Part shown: piece after piece, positions 47,817 to 59,339 of the stretch
Numbering within the stretch: the stretch's first letter is position 1
Layout: each line of letters starts with the position of its first letter
Position numbers and translations under genes: made by a program
The notes under the pieces: model-generated
The model's database searches: none
Seen by the model: only the letters and a program-made list of their open reading frames with translations
Told to the model about the DNA's origin: nothing
Source: Mobula hypostoma
Taxonomy: Eukaryota
Reading direction: 5' to 3'
Assembly: GCF_963921235.1 (NCBI RefSeq)
Contig: NC_086097.1
Span: 237,710,001 to 237,774,000 of the forward strand
DNA: 64,000 nucleotides

Positions 47817-50718
47817 CACACATCAAAGTTGCTGGTGAACGCAGCAGGCCAGGCATCATTTCTAGGAAGAGGTACAGTCGACGTTTCAGGCTGAGACCCT
47901 TCGTCAGGACCAACTGAAGGAAGAGCTAGTAAGAGATTTGAAAGTGTTGGGGGGGGAGATCCAAAATCATAGGAGAAGACAAGAAGAGGAGGAATGGAGC
48001 CAAGAGCTGGACAGGTAATTGGTAAAAGGGATATGACAGGTTCATGGGACAGGAGGCCCAGGGAGAAAGACAAGGGCTGGGGGGGAAACCAAAGGATGGG
48101 CAAGAGGTATAGTCAGAGGGACAGAGGGAGAAAAAGGAGAGTGAGAGAAAGAATGTGTGTATAAAAATAAATAACGGATGGGGTACGAGGGGGAGGTGGG
48201 GCATTAGCGGAAGTTAGAGAAGTCAGTGTTCATGCCATCAGGTTGGAGGCTACCCAGACGGAATATAAGGTGGTATTCCTCCGACCTGAGTCATCTTTAC
48301 AGTAGAGGAGGCTGTGGATAGACATGTCAGAATGGGAATGGGATGTGGAATTAAAATGTGTGGCCACTGGGAGATCCTGCTTTCTCTGGCGGACAGAGCG
48401 TAGGTGTTCAGTGAAGCGGTCTCCCAGTCTGCGTCGGGTCTCGCCAATATATAGAAGGCCACATCGGGAGCACCGGACGCAGTATATCACCCCAGCCGAC
48501 TCACAGGTGAAGTGTTGCCTCACCTGGAAGGACTGTCTGGGGCCCTGAATGGTGGTAAGGGAGGAAGTGTAAGGGCATGTGTAGCACTTGTTCCACTTAC
48601 AAGGATAAGGGAGATCAGTGGGGAGGGATGGGGGGGGGACAAATGGACAAGGGAGTCGCGTAGGGAGCGATCCCTGCGGAATGCAGGGGGGGGAGGGAAA
48701 GATGTGCTTAGTGGTGGGATCCCGCTGGAGGTGGCGGAAGTTACGGAGAATAATATGTTGGACCCGGAGGCTGGTGGGGTGGTAGGTGAGGACAAGGGGA
48801 ACGTTATTCCTAGTGAAGTGGCGGGAGGATGGAGTGAGAGCAGATGTGCGTGAAATGGGGGAGATGCATTTGAGAGCAGAGTTGATGGTGGAGGAAGGGA
48901 AGCCCCTTTCTTTAAAAAAGGAGGACATCTCCCTCGTCCTGGAATGAAAAGCCTCATCCTGAGAGCAGATGCAGCGGAGACAGAGGATTTGCAAGAAGGG
49001 GATGGCTTTTTTGCAAGAGATAGAGTGAGAAGAGGAATAGTCCAGATAGCTGTGAGAGTCAGTAGGCTTATAGTAGACATCAGTGGATAAGCTGTCTCCA
49101 GAGGTAGAGGCAGAAAGATCTAGAAAGGGGAGGGAGGTGTCGGAAATGGACCAGGTAAACTTGAGGGCAGGATAAAAGTTGGAGGCAAAGTTAATAAAGT
49201 CAACGAGCTCAGCATGTGTGCAGGAAGCAGCGTCAATGCAGTGGTCGATGTAGCGAAGGAAGAGTGGGTGACAGATACCAGAATAGGTACGGAACATAGA
49301 TTGTTCCACAAAGCCAACAAAAAGGACTCATACGGGTGCCCATAGCTACACCTTTAGTTAGGAGGAAGTGGGAGGAGCCAAAGGAGAAATTATTAAGAGT
49401 AAGGACTAATTCCGCTAGACAGAGCAGAGTGGTGGTAGAGGGGAACTGATTAGGTCTGGAATCCAAAAAGAAGTGAAGCGCTTTGAGACCTTCCTGATGG
49501 GGGACGGAAGTATATAGGGACTGGACATCCATGGTGAAAATAAAGCGGTGGGGGCCAGGGAACTTAAAATCATCGAAAAGTTTAAGAGCGTGAGAAGTGT
49601 CACGAACATAGGTAGGAAGGGATTGAACAAGGGGGGATAAAACCGTGTCGAGGTATGCAGAAAGAGTTCAGTGGGGCAGGAGCAAGCTGAGACAATAGGT
49701 CTGCCAGGACAGGCAGGTTTGTGGATCTTGGGTAGGAGATAGAAATGGGAAGTGCGAGATGTGGGAACTATAAGGTTGGTAGCAGTGGATGGGAGATCCC
49801 CGAGTGGATAAAGTTGGTGATGGTGTGGGAGACAATGGCCTGGTGCTCCTTAGTGGGTTCACAATCGAGGGGTAAATAAGAGGAGGTATCCATGAGTTGT
49901 TGCTGTACCTCGGCAAGGTAGAGGTCAGTACGCCAGACTACAGCAGCACCCCCCTTATCGGCAGGTTTAATAGTAAGGTTAGGATTAGTGCGGAGGGAGT
50001 GGAGAGCCGAGCGTTCGGAAGGAGTGAGGTTGGAATGGGGACAAGGTGCGGTGAAGTCGAGACGGTTGATGTCCCGTCGGCAATTAGCGATAAAGAGATC
50101 CAGAGCAGGCAGAAGACCAGAGCGGGGTGTCCATGAAGAGGAGGAGGGGTCATCGGTGGGGGTGGAAGAGTCCTTGGCGAAGAAGTTGGCTCGGAGACGG
50201 AGATGCCGGAAGAAGAGTTCCACATCGTGGCGAACAAGGAACTCGCAGAGGTGTGGGCGAAGCAGGACAAAGGTGAGGCCCTTACTGAGGACAGAGTGTT
50301 CTGCCTCCGACAGTTGAAGGTCGGAGGGGATGGTAAAGACCCGGCACGGATGAAAGCTGGGATCAAAGGGGGGAGGGAGGAGGCTGCGGGAGTCAGTGAA
50401 GAGGGGAGGGTTGGGGTGAGAGGAAGATGGAGCCTCTGAGTACCCAGGAGCTGACGATGGGATCTGAGGGAGACGGGATTGCAGAGTATTGGTGGGGGAA
50501 GGGGAAACGGGAGTCACAATAGCAGCACATACAGACCCGGCCTGGAGTTCAAGGCTGGAGCCACAGTTGGTGGATGCACAATCGGTTTGAAGGTGTCCAT
50601 GGTCATTGCTGGAGTCCGGGTTTTGAATATGCCCTGAGGTGTTGGAGCCGGCGAGATCAATGACAGAGGCGATCTGAAGTTCATGCCTGCTAGTTTCAGG
50701 GCCAGTAGGCTCCATTTT
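47817..50718 (-). mobile_element. Penelope-like retroelement (RT + GIY-YIG endonuclease), frameshifted
   Basis: VLSKGLTF, IKPADKGGA.VV, MDVQSLYTSVP, GVAMG, FLRYIDH, VIYCVRCSRCGLLYIGET.R.L..RF.EH; TSD ccatttcctgccta/ccatttcctcccta (47803-47816, 50719-50732). Confidence 0.93.
47875..47913 (-). ncRNA. Minimal type I hammerhead ribozyme motif
   Basis: Minus strand UGGUC CUGACGA AGG-GUCUCAG-CCU GAAAC GUC GACUG: catalytic core boxes, stem I GUC/GAC, stem II AGG/CCU, palindromic ACGU stem III. Confidence 0.75.
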
Positions 50719-52476
50719 CCATTTCCTCCCTAATATAAATTTCCTTCAGTTCATCCATTACCCTAGGTCCTTTGGCCACTATTATATCTGGGAGATTGTT
50801 TGTGTCTTCCCCAGTGAAGACAGATCCAAAGTACTTGTTCAACTTGTCTGCCATTTCCTTGTTCCCCATAATAAATTCACCCGCTTCTGTCTTCAAGGGC
50901 CCAATTTTGGTCTTAACTATTTTTTTACTTTTCACATACCTAAAGAAGCTTTTACTATCCTCCTTTATATTCTTGGCTAGTTTACCTTTGTACTTCATTT
51001 TTTCTCCGCGTATTGCCTTTTTAGTTACCTTCTGTTGCTCTTTAAAAGTTTCCCAATCCTCCGGCTTCTCACTCGTTTTTGCTATGTTATACTTCTTCTC
51101 TTTTATTTTTATGCTGTCCATTACTTCCCTTGTCAGCCACAGCCTCCCCTTATTCCCCTTAGGATCTTTCTTCCTCTTTGGAATGAACTGATCCTGCACC
51201 TTCCGCATTATTCCCAGAAACACTTGCCATTGCTGTTCCACTGTCATCCCTGCTAGGGTATTGTTCCATTGAACTTTGGCCAGCTCCTCCCTCATAGCAC
51301 CATAGTTCCCTTTGTTCAACTGTAATACTGACACTTCTGAGTTTCCCTTCTCCCTTTAAGGACTCTTTATCTTGTTATTTCATATCATTGCTATTTACAT
51401 ATATTTGCATTTCCACAGTTTGTTGTCTACTTGATCTTTCATTGATCCTGTTATCGTTACTACTTTATAGATTTGCTGAGTATGTCTGCAGGAAAATGAA
51501 TCTCTGGGTTGTATGTAGTGACATATACTGTATGTACTCTGATAATAAAATTTACTCTGAATTTTGGAAATGATGGGGACATGTGGTGGGGCAGTAGTTG
51601 AAGAATAAATTCTGCAGTTAGCTGCACTACTGACATAATTACAATTCACAGAAAGGCACAGAACTGGTTACCTGAAATCAGAACCAATTCGTACTCCATG
51701 TTCTGGTTCTCCGGGATCCGGGCACGAGTTCGATGGCTGCTTTACTCCTCCCTCATTCACTGCAAAATATAGTAAACAGGAAAACTTCCATCAACATTCA
51801 TTAAAAGCATAAGCAGCTTTTTGTCCCCATAAACACTCTTTTTTCCTATTATTTCTCTTGTGTTGTGCTTTGGTCACAAAACAAACGGAAATAAATAATA
51901 AAAAGTGATCTTTATTTTCAGCAATAAAACATAAGATATGAAGATGCTAATTCAAGAAGGAATATGCATTTGAGAAGCACTTCATCAAACCGTCCAAATA
52001 CATTGCCACACATAGCATTAAGTATATTATTTTTTCCCCAAAACTTGCTATCATTAGAGAGAAACGATATAAGATTAGTCCCAATAGTCCACGTTGACCA
52101 TCTTTACACAAATCCAATCCAACCAACCAATCAAATTCTCCCAACATTCCCACTAAATATACCCAGAATGAGCCATTCATCAACGCACAAGGGACGTTTA
52201 ACCCACCAACCCAAATATGTTTGGAAAGTGGGAGAGAACCCACACAAATGTGGAACCTACACTGGAGATAAGGATTGGAATTGGTCACTGGAGCTGCAGG
52301 TCAACAGTTCCAATGAGTTGTGTCACAGAGTCATTAACTCATTACCTGGTCTGACATAGGTTCATACAGCATGATAGTAGTCCCTTTGGCCCAAATCATC
52401 CCTGCTGGCCCAACTGAGCTGGTCACATTCAACCACATCTGTCCCTGTTCTTCTCAAACATTCTTATTCATAAATG

Positions 52477-52549
52477 GCACTGTGCCAAAGTCTTAGGGAC
52501 ATATATATATATATAACTAGGCTGCCTAAGAATTTTGTGCTGTACTGTA
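52477..52549. mobile_element. Tc1-type MITE remnant
   Basis: Imperfect inverted arms actgtgccaaagtcttaggg / cctaagaattttgtgctgtactg around (AT)n. Confidence 0.55.
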
Positions 52550-52819
52550 TTTGCCAACGTGGAGCGGAGAGCAAGTTTGTAAATCTGGCGGGAGCAAACA
52601 ATGTTGGGATTGGCGAGGGTGGAACACTGTGGGAGGTGTATGGGCAGGTGGTAGAGAAGGAGTGCTGGGGCAGGGAATAGTGCAGGTGCAGATACACACA
52701 GCCCTGAGACACCATGCAAGGTGAAATGTGTCAAAGGCGCCAATGACCAATAAAATCTGAGGATGTACTGAGGCAGCCCGCAAGTGTTGCCACGCTGCCT
52801 CTGCCAATATAGCAAACCC

Positions 52820-52990
52820 ATGACTTGCTAATCATGATTTGAATATCTTTTGGACTGTGGGAGGGCCTCAGCGCACCCAAGGAAACCCAAGTTATCACAG
52901 GGAGAACGTATAACCTCACTTCAGACAGTGTTGGGTGTTGAACGTGATCATTGGCACTGTAAAGCATTACACTAATCATGATGCTCCCCT
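52820..52990 (-). mobile_element. V-domain SINE
   Basis: ttttggactgtggga...ggaaaccca...acagggagaacgta. Confidence 0.6.
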
Positions 52991-53487
52991 GCTGTACGAT
53001 GTTATATTTGGAATTAATATAAACATGAAAAACTTGAAACTTATCCAACAGCAAGGTGAATGTACAGTTAGACAATGAGGTGCAATATCATAATGAGGCC
53101 TAGAGTTCCTCTTTTGTAGAAAGGACCATTCAACAGTCTCAGAATATCAAGGTAAAAAGTGTCCTTCACCGTGCTGGCATGTGCTTTCATACATTTTTAC
53201 TGTCGTCGTGGCGATCCCTCGAGGTCGAGGATGATGGTCTTCTCCTGATGGAAGCGGGGAGAAGAGAGAATGTCTGGGGGAGGTGGGGTCTTTAATTATG
53301 TTGGCTGCTTTACTGAGGCAGCAAGAAGCATAGACCGAGTTCATGGAGGGGAGACTGGTTTCCGTTACGTGCTAGGAATAATTCCATAGGACCATACAGC
53401 ATTGAAGTAGAATTAGGCTATTCAGCCTATTGAGTCTGCACTGATAGGGCAGATGGTTGGAGTGAATGATTAGTGAGAAGATGGAGT

Positions 53488-53975
53488 CACAGAGTCATAG
53501 AAAACTACAGCACAGAAACAGGATCTTCAGTCTGTCTCGACTGTGCTAAACCATTTAAACTGCCTTGTCCCATTGACCTGCACCTGGACCAGCCCTCCAG
53601 ACTCCTCTCATCCATGCACCTATCAAAACTTTTCTTAAACATTGATATCAAAATCGCATCCACGACTTGCTCTGGAAGCTCGTTCCACACTCTTACCATC
53701 CTATGAGTGAAGTTCCTCCTCATGTTCCTCTTAAACATTTCACCTTTCACCCTTAACCCATGAGCTCTAGTTCTAGTCTCACCCAATCTCAGTGGCAAAA
53801 GTCCGTTTGCATTTACCCTATCTATACCCCTCATAATTTTGTATACCTCTATCAAATCTCCTCCCAAACTTCTATGTTCTAAGGAATAAAGTCGTTCTCT
53901 ATTTAATCTTTACTTATAACTCAGGTCCTCCAGTCCTGGCAACATCCTTGTAAATTTTGTCTGTAGTCTTTCAAG
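53488..53975 (-). mobile_element. CR1 3' end
   Basis: GDLIEVYKIMRGIDRV...RVWNELPEQVV. Confidence 0.85.
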
Positions 53976-55888
53976 ATGTAATGGGGAATGTTCTCGCATG
54001 TCAGTTATAGTGTGCATCAGGAATCTCGTTAATAGTTTCACATGATGTCTGGTGGCAGATAATAGAATCTATATAGCTTTTGTGGATAGGAGTAGAGAGC
54101 GTCAACAGATAGGAACTGACTAATGTGAAGTGTGTGTGTCCTCCTCAAATGTTTGACAAATTAAATAAAAGCAAACATAGCATAATAATTCTGATGTGCA
54201 AATTTTTTAAAGCCTGATTTACATAAACCTGAGGAATAAGCATCAAGCATCAATGAGATTCACCTACAATTTATCAATTATATTTAAATTGACTTATTTT
54301 GGTGTGGTTTCCGTAAGTTTGCATTTAGGTTGGTTTTAGCACAAATTACACAAACTAACTGAAAATGATCCAAAAAGAATGCAGAATTGCAGGAATGCTT
54401 TAGTTTCTGCAGCCTTTTACGAGAGTTCAAAAATATCCCAATAGATGCCAAACACACCCAAACACTGTAAATCAAATTACACACTTCTGTAAATTCCTGC
54501 AAACTGGGCCTAAGAATTTGTTCTGACCATAATCTTCCCAACACTGTATTCCATCTGCCACTTCTTTGCCCATTCTCCTAATCTGTCTAATACCTTTTGC
54601 AGCCGCCCTGCTTTCTCAACACTACCGGCCCATTCATCTGTCTTCATATTGTTCGCAGACTTGGACACATGCCCTTAATTCTGTTGTCCAAATCATTGAC
54701 ATATAAGACCATAAGACCATAAGATATAGGAGCAGAATTAGACCATTTGGCCTATCAGTCTGCTCTGCCATTTCTTCATGGCTGATCCATTTTTCCTTTC
54801 AGCCCCAATCTCCTGCCTTCTCCCTGTATCCCTTCATTCCCTGACTAATGAAGAATCTGTCCACTTCTACTTGAAAAGAATCGGTCCTAACACCTCCACC
54901 TGCGGAGCTGTGGATACTTCCTTTTTCAAAGTTGGATGTTTTGACATTACATTATTAAGAAACCAACTAACCTGTTCTAATTTACTTATCAAATGATTGT
55001 GTGACCACATCACATCATTGTTTTTAACATATCGAGGAATATTTTCTTAAATCAACTCTTAAATTATTTTCAAAATTGCCCAGCTACACCCAAATCTGAT
55101 TGATTTTCCATTCGGCAATGTGCAAATACACTTGAGCAGAAAAATACTACTTCCATGTTATGTGGGGAAATCATAAATTCACCATTGGTGATTTATTTTC
55201 CATTCCCATATAGTCTTAGTTTCTGCTGGCTATTGAGCAGATTTATTTTTAGCTGTTCCTTCTCCATTTGTATTTAGTTGAGCAACAATATTATTCCAAG
55301 TTTATCATACGTTCAATCACTAGGGCAAGTTGTAAACAAAGATAATTACAGCTAGTTAAATGAAATTTATTGGAACTTCTCAGATTTGGAGGCCATTTAA
55401 CTGGGGTTCAAATATATCAGTGGCTGTCTGCCACAAACTCGAGCCAAATGGACTTTATATTCTCTGATGATTAGTTTAAGAGCTCCTAATTAGTGAAAGA
55501 GACTGAGAGAGTTCCATTCGATGCCTCTTCTTCTGTTACTGGATTGTTCCCTCTCAGGTTACTAATAAGTAATTACAGATGGGGTCAAAGTCATTTCTCA
55601 TTCATTTCAAACAGAAAGTTTGTAGGAGCAAGCCAAAAGATCACACGGAATTGGTACTTATAATAATGAGTGATTTATTAAAAAAACTGTTGCACACCAG
55701 AAGACCAGTCAAAGCTAATTCACTTGAGCATGAATTTGGTACAGCTTGCACATTCTCAGATGATGAGATTAGTTCATGTATTCGTTATGCACCACGCTGT
55801 ATGATGTGGGCACCATGACTGCTCTTGGCAAATCTTTCTATAGAAGTGGTTTACCATTGCCTTCTTCTGGGCAGTGCCTTTACAAGAC

Positions 55889-56611
55889 TTTTAAGGGTCC
55901 TTTAATAGCCTCTTAGATAGGTACATGGGGTGTATGGGGTGTCAGGGAGGGGTAGCACCTCTGGTGGGGGAACATATCGAGTCCTTTTCAGGGCGGTTGA
56001 TCCACCTTTGGTCCCCACCTGGCACTCAGCTCTCACCTGTGGCTCCCTGTAGCTGTTTGCATGCGACAGCGGCCACACCTCGGGCAACGGCTTCGACAAG
56101 CTGGCTAAACCAGGTGAGGGTAGCCGACGGGTCTCAAACCCTTGGTGTGATAGGGAGCTGTCTATCCCAGCATGTGAAGACAGACTCCAGCGGATTGAGC
56201 GGACGAGACAAATGGAAGGTCCAACGGTCAAGAAGGCGGTCTCTGCAAGCGTCGTGGAACGTGTAGAGCAGGACAAGACACAGAAGACGTCCTGGTCATC
56301 CACTGCGTCTAGTCCCATCTCCAGCTGTCTCAACTCTGTCTTGCCACTGGACCCAGATGGGAATTGGGAAGAGAGAGTGAGGCTGACGCTGCGCAACTCT
56401 CCCTCACTTAAATCTAAATCACGCACTAGTCTCGACACCATCATAATGGTGTCCAGGTCCTCATCGACGTCGACGATGGACGAACACAAGATAGATACAT
56501 GGAGCTTAGAAAAATAGAGGACTATGCGCTAGGGAAATTCTAGGCAGTTTCTAGAGTAGGTTACATGGTCAGCACATAATGGCCTATAATGTGCTGCAGA
56601 TCTCTATGTTC
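55889..56611 (+). mobile_element. Short CR1 tail, itself interrupted
   Basis: gggtcctttaatagcctcttagataggtacatgg | agcttagaaaaatagagg...ctatgttc. Confidence 0.75.
55929..56488 (+). mobile_element. 560-bp non-autonomous RTE-like retroposon
   Basis: 14-bp TSD agataggtacatgg/agatagatacatgg (55915-55928, 56489-56502); GC-rich structured body; no RT. Confidence 0.7.
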
Positions 56612-57664
56612 CAAGACAGGTGACCCCTGTCATTATCAATACTCTTCAGAGATCGTTTGCCAGTCGTCAGTGGTCACATAACCAGGACTTGTGATATGCA
56701 CCAGCTGCTCATACGACCATCCACCACCCGCTTTGATGGTTTCACATAACCCTGATCGGTGGGGATAAGCAGGTGATACACCTTGCCCAAGGGTGACCTG
56801 CAGGCTAGCGGAGGGAAGGAACACCCTACACCTCCTTTGGTAGAGACATATCTCCACCCCTCCACAGGCTACCAGCAAAATTAGATTTTGATGACAGAAT
56901 GGCGGCTACAGGAAGACTTAATTATGTAACAGACTATGTTCTGATTACAGAATAAAATGATTATCCACAGGTCTAAGGTAATCCAATTTTCCACTCTGAC
57001 AATGGGTGCACGCCATAACATAATAACTGAAATTCCTGAAACCTGGGTGTCATCATTGCTGCATTCCATGTCTCTACCTTTTGTGCATGGTTCCTTATAA
57101 CCACATTAGCACAATCCACATCCCTATTTACCAGTTAATAGTTCTCATTACTCTTTTCTCTATAACAAGCTCTATTGGAGCATTGGATCAATGTCATTGA
57201 ACACCAGGATCTCCGGTGCCATGGCAACAATACACTGAGCACCCAATTATTACCAAAGGTAATACCAGGGTTCCTGACACACGGCAGAAAATGCTGAAAA
57301 TATGTAAGGAGTCTGACATAAGTTATGAGGGCAGTAAAAGGGTTATCAGACAGTCTGTTGATTCAAAATATTAACTCATTTCTTTGCTTTATTGATGTGG
57401 TTGACCTACTGGATATTTCAAGAACTTCCCTCAACATTTTAAATTATACAGTACTTTATGAGCCTGGACTAAAGATTTTGTGTTATTTTCAGTTTATTTT
57501 ATGTCTGTGGTCTGACAGCAAGGTGTGCATTACTATTCAACATCCAGCTACCAGAAGTGCATGGAGATACAAGAGACGGCAGGTGCTGGAATCTGCAGCA
57601 ACAATCTGATGGAGGAACTCAGTGGGATGAACAGCATCGGTGTGGGGGAAAGGAAATGTTCATA

Positions 57665-58690
57665 TTTCTAAACTCTAGTGAGAACAGCCCGAGAACCATC
57701 AAATTTTCCTCATACCTTAACCCATTCATACCTTGGATAATTCTCGTGAACTTCCTCTGTACCCTCTCCAGTAACAGCACACCTTTTCTTCAATCAAAGG
57801 CACAAAATTGCTCACGATACTCCAAGTGCGGACCGAACAATGCCTTATGAAGCCTCAGTATTACATCCTTGTTTTTAAATTCCAGTCCACTTAAAATGAA
57901 TTCTAACATTGCATTTGCCTTCCTTACCATGACTCAACCTACAAATTAGTCTTTGGGAAATCCTGCACAAAGATTTTGAATCTCAGGTTTCTGTATTTTC
58001 TTCCATTTAGAATATAGTCTATGCCTTTATCTCTTCCACCAAAGTGTATGACCATACACTTCCCTATCCTTACTCCAATAGCCACTTCTTTTTCCCTTCT
58101 CCCACTCTTGTCTAAGTCCTTCTGCAGACTCCCTGCTTCTTCAACTCTTCCTGCCTCTATTGTCATTTCATCAGAAAACGTTGCCACAAAGCCATCAATT
58201 CCATTATCAAAATCATCAACATATGATATAAAAAAGAAGCACTCCCAATACCAACCCCTCCAGAACTCTGGTCACTTACAGTCAACCATAAAAGACTCTT
58301 TTTATTCCAACTCTGACTCCTGTCAGTCAACCAATCATTTATCCATTCTACTACCTTTCCTGTAATACCATGGGTTCTTATTTTGTTTAGCAGCCTCATG
58401 AGTAGCACCCATGGCGCATAATTTTAAGGTGAATGGTGGAAAGTATAGGGGGGATGCCAGAGGTAAGTTTTTTTTAAACACAGAGAACGCTGGGTGCGAG
58501 GAAACTCCTGCCCGGGTTAATGGCAAAGGCCAATAGATTAGAGATATTTAAGAGACATTTATGATCACATTGATGATGAAAATAAAGTGGAGGCATGTGT
58601 GAGTGGGGAGTGTTGGATTGATGATGGAGTACGTTATAAGACGAGTACGTCATTGTGGGCCTGTACACTGCTGCATGTTCTATGTTTAGT
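57665..58690. mobile_element. Two CR1 fragments in opposite orientation (57665-58405 minus; 58410-58690 plus)
   Basis: RLLNKIRTHGITGKV, KCMVIHFG; ggtgaatggtggaaagtataggggggatg. Confidence 0.75.
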
Positions 58691-59339
58691 TTTCAGCTCC
58701 ACAACAGCATTTTCACACAACAGGAAGGTATTTAAAACAGAACCTATTTTATCCCCACAAAAATTTAAACAATTAGGAAGACAAGTGCTAACTGTAATCA
58801 GCAAATGATCAAAATTCCATTTGTGCTGTGTAGCTTCAAGATAATTTTCCTGATACATCCTGATGGCATGGCTAATACCCTTGTTTAATAGATACAGTAC
58901 AATTAAGGGATGAATTACTTGGTTGGATAATAACTACTTTTAGCCTTTCATCAACAAGATCCATAGAATTATCTGTTTAATTGAAATAAGTATGAGTGAT
59001 GAAAAGTCCGTTGCAGCAAACAGGTAATTAAGTAACAGCAACATTGATTCCACTCCCAAACTCCAGTTCCAGTTAAGTCAATGAAAATAAATTTCTGAGG
59101 TGAGTACCACAGGCACTCTTTTGCATGTCTATTGCAGATTGCAATCTGTATGCAGATTAGCCATCTAGCAATCCCCTCAGTATATTAGAAGTCATTCTAT
59201 TGCGTTGCAGAATCATACAGAATGGAAACAGAGCCTTCAGCCCGATACATCTATGTTAACTGTATTACCCAACTAGTCTCATCTGCCCTCTTGTTAGGGA
59301 TTATAGCAGACATTAATTCAAATCCTTTTTCAGAGGTTC

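Larger units (their letters stand above)
46196..51356 (-). mobile_element. Well-preserved 5'-truncated CR1 ORF2, split by a Penelope insertion
   Basis: ORFs 50696-51334, 47087-47816 (DKSPGPDG, YLDFQKAFDKVPH, GVPQGSVLGP, KFADDTK) and 46281-47090. Confidence 0.93.
55780..56862 (-). mobile_element. RTE/BovB-tailed SINE hosting nested insertions
   Basis: Pieces 55780-55888 and 56612-56862 match the uninterrupted copy at 62433-62835; TSD CAAGAC around the nested CR1 tail. Confidence 0.75.

Noticed and set aside
47087..48103. 338-aa ORF as a novel fusion protein (likewise 32265-33092 and 15589-15840)
   Set aside because: Chance read-through across nested TE junctions (Penelope UTR into CR1 RT, and similar).
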